DNA of 64,000 nt, taken from assembly GCA_016219005.1 (NCBI GenBank), contig JACRCN010000079.1, positions 20,710 to 84,709 on the forward strand, given 5' to 3'. Source of the DNA: Deltaproteobacteria bacterium. GTDB lineage: Bacteria > Desulfobacterota > Desulfobacteria > Desulfobacterales > SpSt-501. Position 1 is the stretch's first letter, and each line of letters opens with the position of its first letter. Below the pieces are notes generated by a model. That model was not told the DNA's origin, searched no databases, and was given only the letters and a program-made list of their open reading frames with translations. Made by a program: the position numbers and the translations under genes. Shown in pieces: positions 9,284-17,863 of the stretch.

Positions 9284-10720
9284 ATGGAGAAACTGCTGCA
9301 CGTATTTAACGACCTCGGCTGGCAGGATGTCGTCGACATCGGCTTGAACAGCTACATCCTGTTCCGGTTCTACGTGCTCTTCCGGGGCACTTACGTCTTC
9401 CGGGTCCTCATCGGGCTCACCATGCTGTGGTTTTTCCAGCAGATCGCGGCCTACCTGGGCCTGATCGTCACCAGCTGGGTGGTCCAGGGCATCGTCGCCG
9501 TGGCAGCCCTGATCATCGTCGTCGTTTTCCGCAACGAGATCCGCACGGTTCTGCAGGCCAAGAACTTGAAGACCATCCTGTGGGGGTTCACGGCCAAGAC
9601 CCAGGCCGCGCCCGTCGACATCATTGCGGACAGCGCCTTTGAGCTGGCCCGTCGCTGGCACGGCGCCCTCATCGTCATCCCCGGCGAGGAGAGCCTCGAG
9701 GAGCTGGTCCGGGGCGGGATCGCCTGGAACGGCGACATCTCCCGGGAAATGATTCTGAGCATCTTCTACCCGGACAATCCCGTTCACGACGGGGCGGCCG
9801 TCATCGAAGGCGACCGCATTCCCCGTGTGGGTGCCATCCTGCCGCTGTCACGGCGCGACGATCTGCCCTCCCACCTGGGCACCCGCCACCGCGCGGCGCT
9901 GGGCCTCACGGAGGCGAGCGACGCGGTCGTGGTCGTGGTCTCCGAGCAGCGGGGCGAGGTCAGCCTGGCCCGGGGATCGCGGCTGCGGCCGATCGGCAGC
10001 CGCCGCAAACTCGTCCAGAAGCTGGAGGAGCATTTCGGGCTCGCCGAATTTCAAGCACCCGAGCAGCGCAAGCAGAACGTCGAGATCGTCACGGCCGCGC
10101 TCGTGTCGCTGCTCTTCATCACCGGTTTCTGGTTCAGCATCTCGCGGGGGCTGGAAACACTGGTGACCTTCGAAGTCCCGATCGAGTACATGAACCGGGA
10201 CCCCAACATGGAGATCGTGCACGCCTCGGTGAACTCGGTGCGGCTCAACCTGAGCGGGTCGGGCACGCTGATCAAGTCGACGCGGCCCGACCAGGCACGC
10301 GTTCGGCTGGACCTAACCAATGCCGCGGCCGGGCCGAACAGCTTCAGCATCACCGGCAGCAACATCAGCCTGCCGCCCGGCATCCTCCTGAAGGAGGTCG
10401 CACCGCAGAACGTCGTGGTGAACCTCGATGTGACCGTGAGGAAAGAGCTGCCGGTGCAGGTGGACTGGGCGGGCAAGCTCCCGGAGAACGCCCTTCTGGC
10501 GGAGGCGGCCGTCGAACCGGCGCGGGTGGAGGTCGTCGGCGGCAAGCGCGTCCTTGAGACGATTTTCACCATCTACACGGAGAAGGTCCCCTTGGACAAG
10601 CTCAGGGAAGGCGGCGGCATCATCGAGGCCGGGCTCGTCATCCAGCCGGCCTCCCTCAAGCTGGCCTCGGGCTCGAGCGAAAGGGTAACCATCAAGTACA
10701 TCACCCGCCGGCGGGAGTAG
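9284..10720 (+). CDS. cdaA: Membrane diadenylate cyclase (CdaA/DacA-type) fused to YbbR (CdaR-like) domains
   Basis: Three N-terminal TM helices, DAC motifs HDGA and GTRHRAALG, a fourth TM, then YbbR-like beta-rich repeats. Confidence 0.88.
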   Translation: MEKLLHVFNDLGWQDVVDIGLNSYILFRFYVLFRGTYVFRVLIGLTMLWFFQQIAAYLGLIVTSWVVQGIVAVAALIIVVVFRNEIRTVLQAKNLKTILWGFTAKTQAAPVDIIADSAFELARRWHGALIVIPGEESLEELVRGGIAWNGDISREMILSIFYPDNPVHDGAAVIEGDRIPRVGAILPLSRRDDLPSHLGTRHRAALGLTEASDAVVVVVSEQRGEVSLARGSRLRPIGSRRKLVQKLEEHFGLAEFQAPEQRKQNVEIVTAALVSLLFITGFWFSISRGLETLVTFEVPIEYMNRDPNMEIVHASVNSVRLNLSGSGTLIKSTRPDQARVRLDLTNAAAGPNSFSITGSNISLPPGILLKEVAPQNVVVNLDVTVRKELPVQVDWAGKLPENALLAEAAVEPARVEVVGGKRVLETIFTIYTEKVPLDKLREGGGIIEAGLVIQPASLKLASGSSERVTIKYITRRRE

Positions 10721-10872
10721 CCGCGACGATTGGAAACTATCCAAAAATGCATCTGGCCGTCGATGGCGGAGCTGCCCGCCTCTGAAAAATGCCCACCACC
10801 TGACGCGGCTTGCGCTTTTTCAGCGGCGTGCGCCCGGCCCTCGGCTCTGATCTGCCGTTGTTGAGATGGCGT

Positions 10873-12324
10873 CTAGTCCGGCTGAGAGGATATTCCTGCC
10901 GGATTCGATTGAAGGGTCGGATGGAAATTCAAGTCGCGGTCGACGACCGTTTTTCGCTTGACGACGGCGGGCGTGCTACCGGGGTTGGTGATGGTGACGG
11001 CTCCCCGGATGGTCACGTCGCTTTCGAAATGGACGTCTCCGTGGATGGTGAGCGCGTCGCACTCGACGAGCGACGGTTCTCCCGCCGGGAACCGCGCCTC
11101 CATCTGGTCGAAATTGCCATAGTACTTCGCATCGAGACTGATCCTGATGGTTTCGTTGCGTCCGGTCGATTCCCGGACCGGGTTGATTCTCAGACCCTCC
11201 CGCTCGGAGTAAACGAAGCAGTCCGAGCGCACGGCGAGCAGATCGTTGCAGGTCTTGACCGGCAGAAAGCGCGCCCGCGGCACGTTGACGGCGACGGCAC
11301 CTTCAAAGAGCGAGATGGCCGAGCCCATGGCGGTTTCGATTTGGTAAACGGGCGGGCTTTTCTCGTCCCGCGGGTCGACCGTCTTGGGGTTTACGATCAT
11401 GGCAAGATCGATGATCCTGTGCTTGGCGATGAGCGCCTCTAAATATTCCAGGTTGACCCAGATGTTGTTCGTGTTGAAAAAGCGGTAGCGCCGGATGTCC
11501 AGGAAGGCGGCCAGGTCCTCCCGGGGGCACTGGGCCGACTCCCGCAGGATGAGCCGGCCGTTGCGATGGCGGGCGAGGTGCCCGCCCTTTACGTCGGCGG
11601 GCGTTTTCTCGGCGACCTCCATCATGAAGGGAAACCGGTTTTCGGCGAAATACCCGAGCAGGGCTTCGTCGATCGCAGCACCCAGGTTGTCAGAATTGCA
11701 GATGAAGGCGTGGCGGACGCCATCGTCCAGGAGCTTTTGGAGCATCCCGGACGCGTAGAGCGCGGCATAGACATCCCCGTGGCCGGGTGGGTTCCACTCC
11801 AACTCCCGGTTGGCCGGCCACCTGACCGGCGCAAATTCGCCCTGCAGGATCTTGGGAAACTTGTGCTGCAGAAAACACAGGGGCGGCCGGGACGGCTTCA
11901 GCCTGGCGAGCTCGGCCAGGGTGGCCGTGTGCGTGTTGAAGCTGTTCATCAGAGCGAGCCGCGAGTTGGTCAACTCGGCTTGGCGCAGGAGGATTTCCAG
12001 AAACGACCGGCCACGCTTGACCTTGAGCAGGGATTTCGGGCCGATGAGCCCCATGGAGGTCCCCAGCCCGCCGTTCAGGACGATCCGCACGGTCTGGCTC
12101 AGCGCGCGCCTTCCGGCCTCCGCGTAATGCTCAAGCACCGCCGCCTTGGGGACGTCGGCGGGGGCGAGCGGCAGGATGTCGACGTCGTGGATGAGGCCGG
12201 TCGCACCGCCCACCAGCTTCCGGTAATAATGGGCGAAGGTGTCGCACACCAGCGGCCTCAAGCCGGCCTTCGCCATCTTGGCGGTGAACTCCCCCAAATG
12301 GGGAATCATCGGCTGATGCATCAT
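10873..12324 (-). CDS. UTP--glucose-1-phosphate uridylyltransferase, eukaryote-type (UDPGP family)
   Basis: LNGGLGTSMG..GPKS, WNPPGHGD, NSDNLGA, FNTNNIW, RFLPVKT. Start moved to MMHQP (12324) to avoid overlap with ilvE. Confidence 0.88.
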   Translation of the reverse strand: MMHQPMIPHLGEFTAKMAKAGLRPLVCDTFAHYYRKLVGGATGLIHDVDILPLAPADVPKAAVLEHYAEAGRRALSQTVRIVLNGGLGTSMGLIGPKSLLKVKRGRSFLEILLRQAELTNSRLALMNSFNTHTATLAELARLKPSRPPLCFLQHKFPKILQGEFAPVRWPANRELEWNPPGHGDVYAALYASGMLQKLLDDGVRHAFICNSDNLGAAIDEALLGYFAENRFPFMMEVAEKTPADVKGGHLARHRNGRLILRESAQCPREDLAAFLDIRRYRFFNTNNIWVNLEYLEALIAKHRIIDLAMIVNPKTVDPRDEKSPPVYQIETAMGSAISLFEGAVAVNVPRARFLPVKTCNDLLAVRSDCFVYSEREGLRINPVRESTGRNETIRISLDAKYYGNFDQMEARFPAGEPSLVECDALTIHGDVHFESDVTIRGAVTITNPGSTPAVVKRKTVVDRDLNFHPTLQSNPAGISSQPD

Positions 12325-12340
12325 CGCGTCTACCCGCGGA

Positions 12341-13405
12341 TCAGGCGACCGGTACGATCCAGCCCTGCGGGCCCTCGGCTCGGCCGTACTGGATGTCGGT
12401 GATGGCCTTGTAAAAGCGATTGGCCAGTGCGCCGACCTTGCCGTCGCCGACCGTGATCGCGCGCTTACCATATGCGATCTGGCCCACGGGCGAGATCACG
12501 GCGGCCGTCCCGGAGCCGAACACCTCCTCAAGTTTCCCGGAGGCGTTGGCTTTCAGCACCTCCTCGATCCCGATGCGGCGCTCGGAAACCGTGAGTCCCC
12601 ACATGCGCCCCAGTTGCAGGACCGTGTCCCGCGTGATGCCGGCCAGAATGCTGCCCTGCAGCGCCGGTGTGATGAGCTCGCCGTCGATGACGAAGAAGAT
12701 GTTCATGGCGCCGACCTCTTCGATGTACTTGCGTTCGACCCCGTCCAGCCACAGCACCTGGGTAAAGCCCGCATCGTGGGCTTTCTGACCGGCCAGGAGG
12801 CTGGCGGCATAGTTGCCGAGGGTCTTGGCTTCCCCGGTCCCGCCGGACACGGCGCGGACGTGCTCGTTTTCGACCAGGATCTTCACCGGGTTGAAGCCTT
12901 CGGGGTAGTAGGCACCCACCGGCGAGAGGATGATGAAGAAGCGATAGGTGTGGGAGGCGCGCACCCCCAGGAAGGGGTCGGAGGCGAAGATGGTCGGCCG
13001 GATGTACAGCGAGGTCTCCGGCGCCCGCGGCACCCAGTCCTGTTCGACCGTGAGCAGTTCCTTCAGGGCCTCCAGGGCGAAATGCTCGTCGAACCGGGGG
13101 ATGCAAAGGATATCATTGGAGCGGTTCAAACGCCGGAAGTTCTCCTGTGGTCGGAACAGCTGGATGCGGCCCGCCGCCGTGCGGTAGGCCTTGAGCCCCT
13201 CGAATACACCCTGGCCGTAATGCAGCACCATGGTCGCCGGATCCATGGCGATCGGGCCGTAGGGCTCGATGCGGGGGGTGTGCCAGCCCTTGTCGGCGGT
13301 ATAATCCATGTTGAACATGTGATCGGTGAACTTCGTGCCGAAGCCGAGCCGGGTTTCGTCCGGCTTGGGTTTCAGCTGCTGGGCCCGTTTGGTCGAAATC
13401 TTCAT
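12341..13405 (-). CDS. ilvE: Branched-chain amino acid aminotransferase
   Basis: LHYGQGVFEGLKAY, LYIRP, AKTLGNYA, EEVGAMNIF, ILAGITR, FGSGTAAVISP. Start MKIST after a GAGGGGAG RBS. Confidence 0.94.
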   Translation of the reverse strand: MKISTKRAQQLKPKPDETRLGFGTKFTDHMFNMDYTADKGWHTPRIEPYGPIAMDPATMVLHYGQGVFEGLKAYRTAAGRIQLFRPQENFRRLNRSNDILCIPRFDEHFALEALKELLTVEQDWVPRAPETSLYIRPTIFASDPFLGVRASHTYRFFIILSPVGAYYPEGFNPVKILVENEHVRAVSGGTGEAKTLGNYAASLLAGQKAHDAGFTQVLWLDGVERKYIEEVGAMNIFFVIDGELITPALQGSILAGITRDTVLQLGRMWGLTVSERRIGIEEVLKANASGKLEEVFGSGTAAVISPVGQIAYGKRAITVGDGKVGALANRFYKAITDIQYGRAEGPQGWIVPVA

Positions 13406-13652
13406 TGCTCCCCTCTCGATTGATGATGGCGTTGCACAAAGCGGATTAACATGATGAAATCTTACGTTATCGCATTCTTTCACGGGAAATCAAGCTGAAA
13501 TTGCCGCCAGAAGTTGACTTTGCTCGACCATGTGGGATAAGGACGGCTGTGACGGCCAACGCCCCCATGGCCACGCCGGCAATAAAAAACGCAGGTTGCG
13601 GCGCGCATCGCCAAACACCAAATCCGACACACTCAACACCAAGGACGTATCA

Positions 13653-14444
13653 ATGGACCAACTCAAAGAGGGACCGATTCAACCCGTGAGGCTCGGCCCG
13701 AACAGCCGGTTCACGTTTCGCTGCCACAAGGACGTGAAGTGTTTCACCCAGTGCTGCCGGGGGATCAACATCATCCTGACCCCTTACGACATCATCCGCC
13801 TCAAGAACCGACTGGAGCTCTCCTCCGAGGACTTCCTGGCCGTGTACACCGATCCCCAGATCCTGGAGAAAACCGACATCCCGGTGGTGACCCTGAGGCT
13901 CCTGGAGTCAGAAGGCGCTGAGGCCGACGGCAAGCCCTGCCCCTTTGTCCGCCCGGAAGGCTGCCTCGTTTACGAGGACCGGCCGACCTCGTGCCGGTAT
14001 TACCCCCTGGGGGAAGCCTCCCTCTCCTACAAGGACGACCCGGACGGCGAAGAGTTCTTCTTCACGGTGCGCGAGGCACACTGCCTGGGTTTCGAGGAGG
14101 ACAAGTCCTGGACGGTGCTCGAATGGCGCCAGGACCAGGGGGTGGACGTCAACGACCGGATCAACGCCCAGTGGACCGACCTCATCGTCCGCAAACGCTC
14201 CTTCCCGCCGAACATGCACTGGACCGAGCAGACCAAACAGATGTTTTTCCTGGCAAGCTACAACATCGACAAGTTCCGCACCTTCGTGTTCGAAAGCTCG
14301 TTTCTCAAACGTTACCACGTCGATGCCGCAACCCAGCAGCGGATCCGCAACGACGATGTGGCGCTGCTGGAGTTCGGGATGAAGTGGCTGAGGTTTCTGC
14401 TGTTCAAGGAAGGCGATTTTAAATCGGCGCCAAGCTCCACCTGA
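13653..14444 (+). CDS. YkgJ/UPF0153 cysteine-cluster protein
   Basis: CHKDVKCFTQCC and CPF....C.VYEDRP.SCR.YP. Start at MDQLK after AAGGA. Confidence 0.8.
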   Translation: MDQLKEGPIQPVRLGPNSRFTFRCHKDVKCFTQCCRGINIILTPYDIIRLKNRLELSSEDFLAVYTDPQILEKTDIPVVTLRLLESEGAEADGKPCPFVRPEGCLVYEDRPTSCRYYPLGEASLSYKDDPDGEEFFFTVREAHCLGFEEDKSWTVLEWRQDQGVDVNDRINAQWTDLIVRKRSFPPNMHWTEQTKQMFFLASYNIDKFRTFVFESSFLKRYHVDAATQQRIRNDDVALLEFGMKWLRFLLFKEGDFKSAPSST

Positions 14445-14485
14445 CCCCCGAAGACGGCGTTGCCCCGCGGCATGAAATGTAATGC

Positions 14486-15520
14486 TCAATACTCAGCGTA
14501 GCAAAGCCCTTCCCAGCACCGCGGGTCTTCCAGCCGCTGGGCGATGTTGACCCCAAACGCGTCGGCGACCGGCTGGAATAGTTCCGGGGCCGAACGCTGC
14601 ACGCTGCGGGCGGTTTCCAGGACCTGGGCGAGGCCGTTGCGGGTCAGTTTGCCCAGCGGCGGTTTGCAGCCCCCCGCAGGCATTCCCAGGATGGCCATGA
14701 GGGCCTTGTAGGCCACGGGGTTCCGGGCCCGGCAGACCACCTCACCGTAGGGGGTTTTTTCCACGGTCTTGACCGTGACCAGGTTGAAAAGCGGCTCGAG
14801 CCGGGCGGCCAGGGCCTTGGCCTCGGCCTGGCGGCCGCCATTGAGCAGGTTCACCATTTCGGTAATAGCCCGGGGGGCGACGTTGGAGGCCACCGAGATC
14901 ACGCCTGCCGCCTTCACCGCCGGGTCGGTCATCATGGCGAGCGTCATGCCGTCGTCGCCCGAGAGAATGGTGAAGTCCGGTCCACAGCACGCGCGCGTGC
15001 GCCGCATGTTCTGGATATCGCCCGTGGCCTCCTTGACCGTGTTCACGTTCGGGTAGTGCTTGAACAGCAGCGCCAGGTCCTCCGGCAGGAGCTGGGTCCC
15101 GGTGCGCCCCGGAATGACGTAGGGGATGATGTCCAGGCTGGGGAAGGCCTTGGCGACGGGGGCGACGTATTCCCGGCGGATCTCAAGCGAGCTCGGGCCG
15201 TTGTAGTAGGGGTCCACCAGCAGCACCGCCTGGCAGCCGCATTGCGCCGCGTGCTGGGTGCCCTCGAGGGTCTCGGCGGTGTTGTTGCTGCCGGTGCCGG
15301 CGATGCAGAGGCACTTGCCGGCCGCCTTGCGGGCGATCCGTTGCGTGACCTGGTTATGCTCTTTCCAGGCCAGTACAGGGCTTTCCCCGGTCGTGCCGAC
15401 GGCCAGAACACCGGTGATGCCGTTTTGGATCTGAAAATCGACCAGCCGGTCCAGACCTCCCCAGTCAATGGCATCGCCTTTAAAGGGCGTGATCAGTGCC
15501 GTGTAACAGCCTGCTTTCAT
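14486..15520 (-). CDS. dapA: 4-hydroxy-tetrahydrodipicolinate synthase
   Basis: TALITPF, GTTGES, PYYN, VKEATGD, LSGDD. Confidence 0.9.
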   Translation of the reverse strand: MKAGCYTALITPFKGDAIDWGGLDRLVDFQIQNGITGVLAVGTTGESPVLAWKEHNQVTQRIARKAAGKCLCIAGTGSNNTAETLEGTQHAAQCGCQAVLLVDPYYNGPSSLEIRREYVAPVAKAFPSLDIIPYVIPGRTGTQLLPEDLALLFKHYPNVNTVKEATGDIQNMRRTRACCGPDFTILSGDDGMTLAMMTDPAVKAAGVISVASNVAPRAITEMVNLLNGGRQAEAKALAARLEPLFNLVTVKTVEKTPYGEVVCRARNPVAYKALMAILGMPAGGCKPPLGKLTRNGLAQVLETARSVQRSAPELFQPVADAFGVNIAQRLEDPRCWEGLCYAEY

Positions 15521-15583
15521 GGCGATTCCTTTCCTTGAGGCGTGTGGTTATTCGATAAGAAAAAAAGGTTATAATATTCTGGC

Positions 15584-15612
15584 ACCGTAAAGAAAACCCC
15601 AAAGCATGTCAA
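15584..15612 (-). promoter_or_regulatory. Sigma70-type promoter for dapA
   Basis: TTGACA-N17-TACGGT on the minus strand. Confidence 0.5.
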
Positions 15613-15767
15613 GAGAAAACAGGGACGACGTCCGGGCCAACCCGGCATTTTCGCTTGACAACCCGCAGGGCTTGCCGTAAGCGCAAAAGATACCGGGCGG
15701 GCGGCTTTCAGCAGCCCTTCCCGGCCGGTTTTAGATTGACGGAATTTGAAAGCGAGGAACACCTTCC

Positions 15768-16403
15768 ATGACGAAAGCCAAAGACGTAGATGAATATATC
15801 GCCACCCACAAGGAGGCCATTGATCAAAACCCGGAATGCGGCAACTCGCACTATAACCTGGCTGTCGCCCTGATGGGAAAGCGGCAGTTCGAGGAGGCCG
15901 AGCGCGAGCTGAACGAAGCCCTCGAGTGCAGCCCGGGCCTGGCCGAAGCCTATGTCCTGCTGGGCGGCATCTGCATGCAGCGCGGGGACCTCGATGGCTG
16001 CCTGCGGAACAACCGCATGGCCGTCAAGGTGCGGCCGGGCTTTTCCGAGGGGTACGGGAACATCGGCTTCGTGGAGTTGCAGCGAGGCAACGTCGACGAG
16101 GCCATTGAAAACTTCGAGCGCGCCACGTATTTCAACTTCCGCTACATCCAGGCCTTCACCAACCTGGCCAACGCCTATCTGATGAAGGGCCGCATCGAGG
16201 AGGCCATCGAGGCCAACCACAAGGCCCTCGTGCTGGCTCCGGATTTCGCGCCGGCGCACAACAACCTGGCCATCACCTACCTGGAAAACGGGCAATACGC
16301 CCTCGCCGTCGAGCATTGCGACAAAGCGGTGGAACTAGGTTACGACGTGGCACCTCAGATTCGGCAGGAGATTGAAGAGCAGCGCGCGAATCTGAAAAAG
16401 TAA
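15768..16403 (+). CDS. Tetratricopeptide repeat protein
   Basis: Repeated TPR units (HYNLAVAL, AYVLLG, GYGNIG, AFTNLANAY, AHNNLA). Confidence 0.88.
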   Translation: MTKAKDVDEYIATHKEAIDQNPECGNSHYNLAVALMGKRQFEEAERELNEALECSPGLAEAYVLLGGICMQRGDLDGCLRNNRMAVKVRPGFSEGYGNIGFVELQRGNVDEAIENFERATYFNFRYIQAFTNLANAYLMKGRIEEAIEANHKALVLAPDFAPAHNNLAITYLENGQYALAVEHCDKAVELGYDVAPQIRQEIEEQRANLKK

Positions 16404-16411
16404 AAGATCCA

Positions 16412-17575
16412 GTGCCGCATTTTTCTTACTTCCTCGAAACAGCTGACCAGCCCCTTACTCCCGTCCAGCCGGCGTGGCACTGGCTGCTGCCGACCGGCCG
16501 GCGCTCGTTCCGGGATGCACCGGCCGGGCCGCAAGCCCCGTCCATCACCCTCGGGCAGTACTTCCAGGCTGTTCGGGCGTTTCTCGAAGGGCCGGCGCAA
16601 GCGGCGGTCGCGGGTGCCCTTCGCGGACGGGGCCTGGCAGCGGGCGGCGCGGAGGAAATCGGCATTTTTCTTGCCAAGCACGGCGAGTGCTACCATCCGG
16701 CCCGGGTGGTAGCGCAGGCGTGCGGCGGCCGAATCGAATGGGTCGTGAACGTTGCGGTCTCGCCGGCCGGCGCATCCATCATCCAAAACGAGTTTGCCGT
16801 CCTGCAGCGCCTGAACCACGAGTTTTCCCCTTCCTACCTTCCGCAGGTCCACGTGCTCGGGGAAGTGAAGCTTCAACAAGGCCGGTCACTTTCCATGTTC
16901 CTGGGGGAGTGGCTGACGGGTTTCCACGAGTTTCACCTTACCCGCGGCGGCCCGGGCGATGAGATGGGCCTCGTGCTCTGGGACCCCGAAAACGGCAACC
17001 GGATTCTGGACCGCGACCAGGCGAGGGCACTCTATGCCCAGGCCGCCCGGGTCCTCACGCACTATTTCAACGTTTCAACCGCGGAGTGCATCGGCGCGTG
17101 GCATCATGCCGCCGGCGATTTCGTCGTCGACTTCGCGGGCCATGCTCCCGCGCTGCGGCTGGTCACCGTCCGGGAATACCGACCGCTGCTGCAGCCGGAG
17201 TCGGCCCCGGGCGGCCGCGGCGTCAAGAGCCTGCTCGAAGCGCTCCTGCTGTTCTTTCTGAACCTTACCATCCGCATGCGGCTCGACCGGCTGGACGGCG
17301 TGGGGGAGATCGCCTGGGCGGGGCCGGCGGCCGTCGAAGGGGCCCTGGCGGGGGTGCTGGAAGCCCTGGCCGAAAAACCGGAGCTGCCCGATGTGCCCCT
17401 GCCGCTCGACGTGCTCTTCACGCACTATCTGCTCTCCGCCACCCCGGATGACCTGCTGGACATGTGTTCGGGCATCCTCGCGTCCTTCCACCCGCAGTCC
17501 CCGGACACAGCCGTGGCCAGAGCCCATCTGGAAGAGCATGCCGCAGCACTCGCGCTCGCCCTCAGCCGACTTTGA
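16412..17575 (+). CDS. Hypothetical protein, possibly a degenerate kinase-like fold
   Basis: 387 aa starting 8 nt after the TPR gene; NEF..L..L, YLPQV, MFLGEWL, HHAAGDFVV. Confidence 0.7.
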   Translation: MPHFSYFLETADQPLTPVQPAWHWLLPTGRRSFRDAPAGPQAPSITLGQYFQAVRAFLEGPAQAAVAGALRGRGLAAGGAEEIGIFLAKHGECYHPARVVAQACGGRIEWVVNVAVSPAGASIIQNEFAVLQRLNHEFSPSYLPQVHVLGEVKLQQGRSLSMFLGEWLTGFHEFHLTRGGPGDEMGLVLWDPENGNRILDRDQARALYAQAARVLTHYFNVSTAECIGAWHHAAGDFVVDFAGHAPALRLVTVREYRPLLQPESAPGGRGVKSLLEALLLFFLNLTIRMRLDRLDGVGEIAWAGPAAVEGALAGVLEALAEKPELPDVPLPLDVLFTHYLLSATPDDLLDMCSGILASFHPQSPDTAVARAHLEEHAAALALALSRL

Positions 17576-17681
17576 TCCGCACTATATGCAGGGATTTTCG
17601 GCCGGGGCGCCTCAAGATAAGGTATGAGTCTAACATCCCCATTTTACAAGGCTCGCCGGCCTTTGCGCAGGTGCTTTTCTA

Positions 17682-17710
17682 TTGACAACCGTCCGCTTTA
17701 ATTCTATAGC
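17682..17710 (+). promoter_or_regulatory. Sigma70-type promoter of the dsr operon
   Basis: TTGACA-N17-TATAGC in AT-rich intergenic DNA. Confidence 0.6.
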
Positions 17711-17863
17711 AAAACCTTCCATCTGCGCTCAACATTCCTTACAGGGTAAAAAATAACCAGTGCGAAATCATCAATCATTGAGAGGAGGTGAGCCGTTTTT
17801 TATTCCGATTAGGCGGTGGCTGCGTTTGCGGGTCTCAATCATCAATTCAAACGGAGGTAGATA

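Noticed and set aside
13402-13452. Short uORF MLIRFVQRHHQSRGEQ before ilvE
   Set aside because: No run of Ile/Leu/Val codons and no terminator, so no attenuator support.
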